Positions 8,942-15,754 of a stretch of DNA of 15,754 nucleotides are shown one piece after another. This DNA comes from a bacterium (GTDB taxonomy: Bacteria > JAMCPX01), in the NCBI GenBank assembly GCA_037439545.1, contig JBBIVV010000037.1:3979-19732 (forward strand). The letters are read 5' to 3'. Within the stretch, counting starts at the first letter, position 1. The number at the start of each line of letters is the position of its first letter. The notes beneath the pieces were generated by a model. It ran no database searches, was not told the origin of the DNA, and saw only the letters and a program-made list of their open reading frames with translations. A program made the position numbers and the translations under genes.

Positions 8942-8995
8942 TTTACCTGAAATTTACACACAGTTAATACGGCGTTTATTTGTCTGAGCTATCTT
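8942..8995 (+). promoter_or_regulatory. Pho-box-like array (four hexamers at 11-bp period) plus a -10 element
   Basis: TTTACC (8942), TTTACA (8953), TTAATA (8964) and TTTATT (8975) are exactly 11 bp apart. TATCTT lies at 8990-8995. The array is upstream of porin-pstS. Confidence 0.65.
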
Positions 8996-9043
8996 AGTGT
9001 CAGTATAAAAATAAAAAGCAAAAAAAACACTAAGGAGGAAAGA

Positions 9044-10210
9044 ATGAAAAAACAAATGAAGAAAATTTTCGTGATTGTGATTGGCTGTATATCGCTTATG
9101 AGTACAGCTTCGTATGGGTATCAGATCAACGATGATCTGAACATAGGCGTAAAAGCCTACCTGAACGCCATGCAGGCGTCCGGAGACCATTTTGACAATT
9201 CAAAGGTGGGACAGGCACAGGCAAACACAAACAGCTCCAATGCAAACGGTATGAGGCTGTCAAGGGCTTATCTTATAATCGTTGACAGGATCAATGATGA
9301 ATTCTCGGGCAAACTTACACTGGATGAGGCATACTCTGACCCAACGGCATCGAACGGAAGGGGTAATGTGTTTGTTAAATACCTCTACGGTATCTTTACC
9401 CCGGCAAAGAACCTGGCAATACGGTTTGGACTGACAGAAACGCCTTGGATACCGTATGAAGAGGGACTATGGAACTACAGGTTTGTTTCCGAGACAGCGC
9501 CTGATTACGAAGGGTTTATGCCTTCAAGTGATTTGGGGGTAGCGATTGTCGGAAGCCTTTTTGATAAGCTCATTGAATACCATGTTATGGGATCGAATGG
9601 AGAAGGCTATCAAGCACCGCAAAATGGAAGGGGATATGCCGGAGCGGCAAGAATAGCACTGAATGTAAAACCTTTCATCTTCAACGTGTTCGGTATGGAT
9701 GAGAGCATGCACAACGGGATCCCTGATTACAACCCGAAACGTGCAATAGCAATGCTTACCTTTACGAACAGCTTATTGACTGTATCTGGTGACTGGATGT
9801 GGGCAGACGATCACATTACTCCGGCAGACGAAGGCAAGGCAAAATTTAACCATGGCTATGGATATGAGTTCTGGGGCTTTCTCCGCATCCCGGGTGAAGA
9901 AAAATTAAGGATATTTGCGAGATATCTCGATATGAAACCCAACGGTAATGATTCGAACAAGCCCGTAAGCAATACGGTAGCACCGACTATAAGCCTTGGC
10001 TCTTCCAATCTCTACTCAACCGAACTGTACAAGTTTGTTTCAACATCCGAGAACACGTGGGCACTTGCAGGTATAAGCTACGATATTACGAAAGATGTCA
10101 TTGCCGCTCTGGACTACAATCTGTACACGATACAGGGCTATGATCTGTCCAAGAACAAGGCAGCGTATAATGATAACGCTGTGGCATTAAACCTAAGGTT
10201 CGCTTTTTAA
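9044..10210 (+). CDS. Outer-membrane porin, probably phosphate-related (OprO/OprP-like role)
   Basis: Signal peptide (ASYG), amphipathic beta-strands, C-terminal Phe (LNLRFAF) and SD AAGGAGG at 9032-9038. Substrate is inferred from its position between the Pho box and pstS. Confidence 0.7.
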   Translation: MKKQMKKIFVIVIGCISLMSTASYGYQINDDLNIGVKAYLNAMQASGDHFDNSKVGQAQANTNSSNANGMRLSRAYLIIVDRINDEFSGKLTLDEAYSDPTASNGRGNVFVKYLYGIFTPAKNLAIRFGLTETPWIPYEEGLWNYRFVSETAPDYEGFMPSSDLGVAIVGSLFDKLIEYHVMGSNGEGYQAPQNGRGYAGAARIALNVKPFIFNVFGMDESMHNGIPDYNPKRAIAMLTFTNSLLTVSGDWMWADDHITPADEGKAKFNHGYGYEFWGFLRIPGEEKLRIFARYLDMKPNGNDSNKPVSNTVAPTISLGSSNLYSTELYKFVSTSENTWALAGISYDITKDVIAALDYNLYTIQGYDLSKNKAAYNDNAVALNLRFAF

Positions 10211-10248
10211 GCCGGATAAAAAATATAAAACTCAATAAGGAGAAAAAA

Positions 10249-11349
10249 ATGAGTAAAATGAAAAGATTCGCATTAAAGGTCAAAAGCAGGCTGTCGTTAC
10301 TGATAACGAGGGCACAGATTGAGATGTTGAGGATGAAGCTCACCTGGACAAAGGTCATATTTGCAGCAGGTCTTGTGCTAATTTCAGGCACTGCATTCGC
10401 AGGTACGCCCCTGAGCGGTGCCGGTTCAACGTTTGCCTACCCCTTTTATACAAAATGGTTCTACGAGTATGAAAAAATTACAGGGGTTAAAATCAATTAT
10501 CAGGCAATCGGCAGTGGAGGCGGTATCCAGCAGCTCCTTGCAGAGGTCGTCGATTTTGGTGCAAGCGATAAACCGCTGGATGATAAAACGCTCAAAGAGC
10601 ACGGTCTTATTCAGATGCCGGACGCAGCAGGCGGAATTGCAATTGCCTATAATATTCCCGGGGTTGAAAAGGGTCTGAAATTTACACCAAAACTTATTGC
10701 CGATATATATCTCGGCAAGATCACGAACTGGGACGACCCTGAAATACAAGCTGTAAACCCGGGCGTGAGTTTACCGTCATTGCCCATCATTGTCGTCCAC
10801 AGGTCCGACGGCAGCGGTACGACATACATATTCACGAATTATCTATCCAAGATAAGCAAGGAGTGGGCTGAAAAAGTAGGTGCAGAGTTGTCGGTCAACT
10901 GGCCTGCAGGTATAGGCGGGAAAGGCAACCCGGGTGTGGCTGGATTCGTTATGAAGACGAGGGGCAGTGTGGGATATGTCGAACTTGCATACGTATTGCA
11001 GAACAGCATGACCTACGGACCGGTCCAGAATAAAGAAGGCTTTTTTGTCTGGCCGACCATAGAATCATCAAGGGCTGCGGCAGCAACTGTGAAGAACATT
11101 CCCTCTGATTTCAACGTACTGTTCGTGGATTCACCGGGAAAGGACACGTATCCAATCGCAGGGTTCACCTATCTTATTATTTACAAAAAACAACTCGATC
11201 CTGTTAAAGGCAAAGAACTGATGAATTTCATCAAATGGGCTTATGCAAAGGGCCAACCCATGCTAAAAGACCTCGATTATGTTCCAATTCCTAAAAACAT
11301 CATCGAGAAAATAGACCGGCAGTTGAAAGAAGTGGAAATCAAGAAGTAA
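10249..11349 (+). CDS. pstS: Phosphate ABC transporter substrate-binding protein
   Basis: GAGSTF, GSGGG, DFGASD, HRSDGSGTT, GKGNPGV and YPIAGFTY. AFA signal-peptidase I site with no lipobox. SD AAGGAG precedes 10249, and the ATG at 10333 is an alternative start. Confidence 0.96.
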   Translation: MSKMKRFALKVKSRLSLLITRAQIEMLRMKLTWTKVIFAAGLVLISGTAFAGTPLSGAGSTFAYPFYTKWFYEYEKITGVKINYQAIGSGGGIQQLLAEVVDFGASDKPLDDKTLKEHGLIQMPDAAGGIAIAYNIPGVEKGLKFTPKLIADIYLGKITNWDDPEIQAVNPGVSLPSLPIIVVHRSDGSGTTYIFTNYLSKISKEWAEKVGAELSVNWPAGIGGKGNPGVAGFVMKTRGSVGYVELAYVLQNSMTYGPVQNKEGFFVWPTIESSRAAAATVKNIPSDFNVLFVDSPGKDTYPIAGFTYLIIYKKQLDPVKGKELMNFIKWAYAKGQPMLKDLDYVPIPKNIIEKIDRQLKEVEIKK

Positions 11350-11376
11350 GAATGCTCGTCGATATGTTTTAATGTC

Positions 11377-11407
11377 CGGAATCCTGCCACTATCCGGCAG
11401 GATTCCG
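11377..11407 (+). terminator. Strong stem-loop between pstS and arsC (mRNA stabiliser or partial terminator)
   Basis: CGGAATCCTGCC-ACTATCC-GGCAGGATTCCG, a perfect 12-bp stem. No U-tract follows. Confidence 0.6.
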
Positions 11408-11436
11408 CATTCATTAAATATTAATGGTGGTGAAAA

Positions 11437-11868
11437 ATGCTTAAAGTAATGTTTCTATGTACCGGCAACTCCTGCAGGAGCCAGATGGCAGAAGGGATTA
11501 TTAAGGAATTCGGGAAAGGCGCTATTGAGTCCTTCAGTGCGGGGGTAGCTCCTACCGGTTTTGTGCATCCAAAAGCAATAGAGGCCATGAAAGAATCTGG
11601 CATAGATATTTCAAGACAAAATTCAAAACCAATAGATATAGACCTGCTCTCTATGATGGATTTTATTATAACCCTTTGCGGTAGTGCAGATGAGACTTGT
11701 CCCATGACACCACCAGGAATAAAACACCTCCATTGGCCAATCGTGGATCCCAGCGGGGTTTTAGATACAGAAGAAAAAACCATGGACGAGTTCAGAAAGG
11801 TAAGAAATGAGCTGAAAAAAAGGATATTCTTGTTTATCCAGGAACTGCAGTATGGAAACAGAGTCTAA
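11437..11868 (+). CDS. arsC: Thioredoxin-coupled arsenate reductase (LMW-PTP fold)
   Basis: P-loop CTGNSCRSQMAE, resolving-cysteine pair ITLCGSADETCP, and HWPIVDP. Confidence 0.9.
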   Translation: MLKVMFLCTGNSCRSQMAEGIIKEFGKGAIESFSAGVAPTGFVHPKAIEAMKESGIDISRQNSKPIDIDLLSMMDFIITLCGSADETCPMTPPGIKHLHWPIVDPSGVLDTEEKTMDEFRKVRNELKKRIFLFIQELQYGNRV

Positions 11869-12373
11869 GGAATCTTTAGGCCTTAATAATACCGGTGCTC
11901 CGGCTTTCCGGGCTTCGTATACGGACATAAAAAACTTAAAGTCATATCAGTTATTTAATAAAGAAATGACACTCCTTTTTCAATATGGAATAAAAATAGT
12001 CTTGAGTCTTTTGCTGACGGTCATCATCATAACCATATTCTGGGCCACGATAAAGACGTTCCTTGATCTAAGGGTTATCTTCAGTGAAGACATCCCATCG
12101 GCATTACAGCTCGTCATGGTCAATTCTCTCACCATCCTCGCGATGCTGGAATTGTTCATGACGACGCTCGCATATTTTTCGGAAGGGCGGGTCAAGGTCA
12201 GTTATATAATAGATACGGTTCTTGTTGTGATACTGACGGAAATTATGACTTTCTGGTACAAGGATATAGAATATATGAGGATAGTCATGGTTATTGCGCT
12301 CGTACTTACATTGATTATCGCAAGGATTTTTGCCATTAGATTTTCCCCACCGAGGCTGAAAGATAACCTATGA
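11852..12373 (+). CDS. Phosphate-starvation-inducible PsiE-family membrane protein
   Basis: About four hydrophobic helices with the pattern LELFMTTLAYFSEGRVKVSYIIDTVLVVILTEI. Overlaps the end of arsC by 17 nt. Confidence 0.7.
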   Translation: METESKESLGLNNTGAPAFRASYTDIKNLKSYQLFNKEMTLLFQYGIKIVLSLLLTVIIITIFWATIKTFLDLRVIFSEDIPSALQLVMVNSLTILAMLELFMTTLAYFSEGRVKVSYIIDTVLVVILTEIMTFWYKDIEYMRIVMVIALVLTLIIARIFAIRFSPPRLKDNL

Positions 12374-12434
12374 AGGATTTCATTAATGGAATAATGCGGA
12401 ACAAAATATATACCCATTCGATAAGGAGATAAGG

Positions 12435-13832
12435 ATGAAACATTTAATTATAACTATGCTTGTAGTGCTGTTAACTTCTGTTCAAGCGGTGGCTACTCAG
12501 TCGTCACCGAAACCTGATCAGATACACCTCACATGGACAGGTGATCCCGCAACGACGGTCACCATACAGTGGAGGACTGACCTTTCTGTCCCTGACAGTG
12601 CGGTCAATTATGGCACAACCGTCGCCTATGGGATGAGCACAACTGGCATTTCATTTACCTTAAGCGGTACAACAGTCACGGACACCTCATACACGCAGAT
12701 CGTGATGCACCATGTGGTAGAACTGCAAGGTCTGAATCCTTCAACCGCATACCATTATCAGGCAGGCGGTAGCGGACAGTTCAGTGCGGACTACTATTTT
12801 ACAACTGCTCCGGTAACAGGATTCACGAATTCCACCTTTAACTTTATAGTCTGTGGCGATACAAGAGGAGATTCACTTGGGGCTTTTGCAGGTATAAACC
12901 CGTCACTCTCGACGTTTGCCGAAGCCCTTTTTAACAATCACCCTTCGTTCATTATATTCACCGGGGACGCCACGGAAACAGGTAATATAGATGAATGGGA
13001 TGACTGGTTTAAAGCGATGTCATCGGTTAGCCCATACACGGTGATTATGCCTGTCGACGGCAATCATGAATCAAACTCGAATATCTTTTATGCCCAGTTT
13101 GCTGTACCTTTTGCAAACGGTAAAACATGGCAGGACCTTTCAACAAAAGGTTTTTACTATTCATTCAATTACGGCAATTCACATTTTACTATAGCAGACG
13201 ATGAAGCGGCATTTGGTGTTCCTGTTCAAACGAATGAGCTTACGTGGCTGAACACAGATCTTCAATCAACACAAGCAACATCTGCTGAATGGAAGTTTGT
13301 TTCCAATCACATGCCGGAATTTTCCAAGGGTGCATATGGCAGCAATTCGGTACTTGATCAATACTGGGTCCCTGTGTTCGTGAATAATAATGTGGATATG
13401 GTATTCAACGGTCATTGTCATTTTTATGAGAGGACGTTTCCGCTGGATCAGTCCGGTAACCAGGTGCTGCAGAATACAGGGGTAACGTATGTGGTCGCAG
13501 GAAGTATCGGCGCACCGCTCTATGATATCGCCCAGGCACCTTTTATTGCTTATGAAGAGAAGACCTATAACTATTCGGTAGTCCAGATTGCCGGCAATAC
13601 CATCTCAATGAATGCATATAGACTGAGCGACACGCCATCAATCAATTATAATACCCTTATGGATAACGTATCTTATACAAAATTAGCTCCATCGTCTGGA
13701 ACAAAATCTTCGGGCTGTTCCTGTAACACAACGGGTAACAGCGCCACATATCCTTTTGATGCAGTGACTGTCATTGCAATGCTTGGTGCAGGTCTGTTCG
13801 CGTTGAAGAAACCGGCAGGACATTCGCATTGA
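12435..13832 (+). CDS. Secreted purple-acid-phosphatase-like metallophosphoesterase with FN3-like N-domain and Cys-containing C-terminal sorting signal
   Basis: Signal peptide (AVA), N-domain PDQIHLTW...HVVELQGLNPSTAYHY, metal motifs GDTR, GDATE, GNHE, VSNH and GHCH. C-tail SSGCSC, hydrophobic helix, KK. SD AAGGAG at 12423-12428. Confidence 0.88.
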   Translation: MKHLIITMLVVLLTSVQAVATQSSPKPDQIHLTWTGDPATTVTIQWRTDLSVPDSAVNYGTTVAYGMSTTGISFTLSGTTVTDTSYTQIVMHHVVELQGLNPSTAYHYQAGGSGQFSADYYFTTAPVTGFTNSTFNFIVCGDTRGDSLGAFAGINPSLSTFAEALFNNHPSFIIFTGDATETGNIDEWDDWFKAMSSVSPYTVIMPVDGNHESNSNIFYAQFAVPFANGKTWQDLSTKGFYYSFNYGNSHFTIADDEAAFGVPVQTNELTWLNTDLQSTQATSAEWKFVSNHMPEFSKGAYGSNSVLDQYWVPVFVNNNVDMVFNGHCHFYERTFPLDQSGNQVLQNTGVTYVVAGSIGAPLYDIAQAPFIAYEEKTYNYSVVQIAGNTISMNAYRLSDTPSINYNTLMDNVSYTKLAPSSGTKSSGCSCNTTGNSATYPFDAVTVIAMLGAGLFALKKPAGHSH

Positions 13833-13839
13833 ACGAAAG

Positions 13840-14610
13840 ATGGCCGTTATGAGAGATATAATAAAACTGTCCGCTGCCTGGTTGGCTCTATCGGTTATAT
13901 ATGTCCTTTTGAATACAGGGACTTGTGCAGCGGATTATTACGGAAACGGGCTGAGATATCTTTACCAGTATTCGTACGCACCGTTACAAACGGGACAATT
14001 CCGCCTGTACTACACGGGCACCTACGGGACTCAACAAATCGGGAATTATATATTACCCAACAGCACCTATTTACAGCAGGCTGGTGTTTCATACGGTGCT
14101 ACCGAACATGTTGATATCGAGGTTTACAGTACGATGCCTGTCGGACAGTCGGTCCAGATGCCTTATGCCGGCGGAGGCTCGCTCAGATATTATCAAGCAA
14201 CAGATTACGTCGATATCGCGGGCCTGGCGGATTATCACATGGACTGGACCGGAACATCCATAGATCAATTAACGTTAGTTCTTTCAAAAACAATGGGACG
14301 GTTGAATATGACTGCAAACGGCACGGCACAACATGCTTTTGCAGCGCACAAAGATGCGATAGACATGTATTTTAACGCAGGAGTTTCTTATGTTGCAAAC
14401 AGGTTTGTAAATTTCGGCATCGAGTCCCAGGGGAGCGACCTTGAGGCTACTTTTACGCAGGGTGAAGCTGAAGGCGGGGCGTCTTTCATACTATCGCCTG
14501 TCATGGTCTTTACATCGGCGGACATTAATCTTTTATTCGGCCCCGGCATCGAGATTAAAAACGGCATAACGAGCCAGCTTATAAGGGCGGCTTTGACAAA
14601 GACATTTTAG
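13840..14610 (+). CDS. Uncharacterised putative outer-membrane beta-barrel protein
   Basis: N-terminal hydrophobic signal, alternating Tyr/Gly-rich strands and C-terminal Phe (AALTKTF). Starts 7 bp after the phosphatase. Confidence 0.55.
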   Translation: MAVMRDIIKLSAAWLALSVIYVLLNTGTCAADYYGNGLRYLYQYSYAPLQTGQFRLYYTGTYGTQQIGNYILPNSTYLQQAGVSYGATEHVDIEVYSTMPVGQSVQMPYAGGGSLRYYQATDYVDIAGLADYHMDWTGTSIDQLTLVLSKTMGRLNMTANGTAQHAFAAHKDAIDMYFNAGVSYVANRFVNFGIESQGSDLEATFTQGEAEGGASFILSPVMVFTSADINLLFGPGIEIKNGITSQLIRAALTKTF

Positions 14611-14688
14611 CCATAAATGAGGTTCTTCCGGTTTTATAAAAAGTGACAACAATGCTTTGGTTTAAATACAGTAATGAGGAGCAAAATT

Positions 14689-15754
14689 ATGAAAGCTTAT
14701 AAGTGCCGCGCTAGGGACATTTTAGTCCCGGTTTTAGTCCTTGTAACAGCAGTGGTTTATGGGTCTGTTTTTTATGTGTACGGGTCAACCGACAGTCAGG
14801 GAATCAAACAGGGGTCTGCCTGCCGGTTCCCGGTTATTCAAAACGGTAAGTACGGCTACATCGACAAGACCGGAAGGATCGTCATAAAGCCACAATACGA
14901 TTATGCATTGGAATTCAAAGACGGTTTTGCCCGGGTTGAGATCGGTGATAAATACACCTTCATCGATAAGGACGGCAATATGATAGCAAGGCCACAGTTC
15001 GATTATCCGCTGGATTTCAGCGAAGGGTTGGCGCGTGTGGGGGTCGGGGATAAGTATGGCTACGTAGATGAGACCGGGAGGGTCGTTATAAAGCCGCAAT
15101 TCAGCAGTGCAATGAACTTCAGCGAGGGGCTGGCCGCCGTAGAAATCAAAAGTAAATACGGCTATATCAATAAGACCGGAAGGATTGTCATAAAGCCACT
15201 GATAGACGGCGATGACGTGGACGATTTCAAGGGAGGTGTTGCCTCCATTGAGATCCATAGAAGGTTCGGCCTCATTGATCAGACCGGGAAGATCGTCATC
15301 AAACCGCAATTTAAAGGTGCATTGGACTTCAATGACGGGCTGGCTGTTGTAAATATTGATGATAAATATGGCTATATAGATAAGCTCGGAAGGATGGTAA
15401 TAAAACCGCAGTTCGACTATGCATATGCTTTTAAAGAAGGCCGTGCCGGTGTAAAAGTTGGTGCTAAGTATGGCTACATTGATAAAATAGGAAAGATGCT
15501 CACAATGCCGGAATTCAATAGAGTTTATTATTTCAGCGAGGGCCTTGCGGCTGTAGAAATAAACGGCAAGTACGGCTACATCAATAAGACCGGAAAGATC
15601 GTAGTAAACCCGCACTATGATTATGCGTCAGTCTTCAAAGATGGTATGGCATCTATAAAAACCGGCAATAAGTATGGCTACATCGATGAAAAGGGAAACA
15701 TAATAGCAAAGCCGCAGTTCGATTATGCATTAGACTTCAAGGAAGGTCTGGCAC
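14689..15754 (+). CDS. WG-repeat (KWG/WG_beta_rep-like) exported protein, 3'-truncated; absent from the ORF track
   Basis: SD GAGGAG then ATG at 14689. The frame is open to the window end: [25 protein letters not shown]... followed by nine ~34-aa repeats of type [30 protein letters not shown]. Confidence 0.9.
   Translation, partial: [355 protein letters not shown]
14848..15754 (+). repeat. Degenerate ~102-bp coding tandem repeat (at least 9 units)
   Basis: Recurrent AAG/AAA TAY GGC TAY ATH GAY/AAT motif at about 102-bp spacing. Confidence 0.85.

Noticed and set aside
14785..15615. 276-aa minus-strand ORF
   Set aside because: It is the antisense shadow of the WG-repeat gene, which has an SD, a signal-like N-terminus and a recognisable repeat family on the + strand.
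14848..15754. Possible CRISPR array or DGR repeats
   Set aside because: The units are degenerate in-frame coding repeats varying at synonymous positions. There is no repeat-spacer structure, and no Cas or reverse transcriptase gene is in the window.

Overview
Gene-dense bacterial chromosome segment from a probable diderm, since it encodes two predicted outer-membrane beta-barrels. The left part is mostly housekeeping: a 5'-truncated HemY-type porphyrinogen oxidase, a minus-strand pair of an alpha/beta hydrolase and a permuted-papain (YiiX/YaeF-like) protein, sufS-sufU, a ~130-bp palindromic MITE-like element, thiM-thiE, rnr and a divergent maf. The right part (8942-14610) is a co-oriented phosphate-scavenging cluster led by four 11-bp-spaced Pho-box-like repeats: porin, pstS, thioredoxin-type arsC, PsiE-family protein, a secreted metallophosphoesterase with a Cys-containing MYXO-CTERM-like anchor, and an unknown small beta-barrel. 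No pstCAB, phoU, arsR or arsenite efflux gene is in the window. The window ends in a WG-repeat protein (14689 to end) that the ORF track missed. The best candidate for an undescribed system is this apparently Pho-regulated phosphate-scavenging and arsenate-reducing module. All calls come from reading motifs by eye; no database searches were run.
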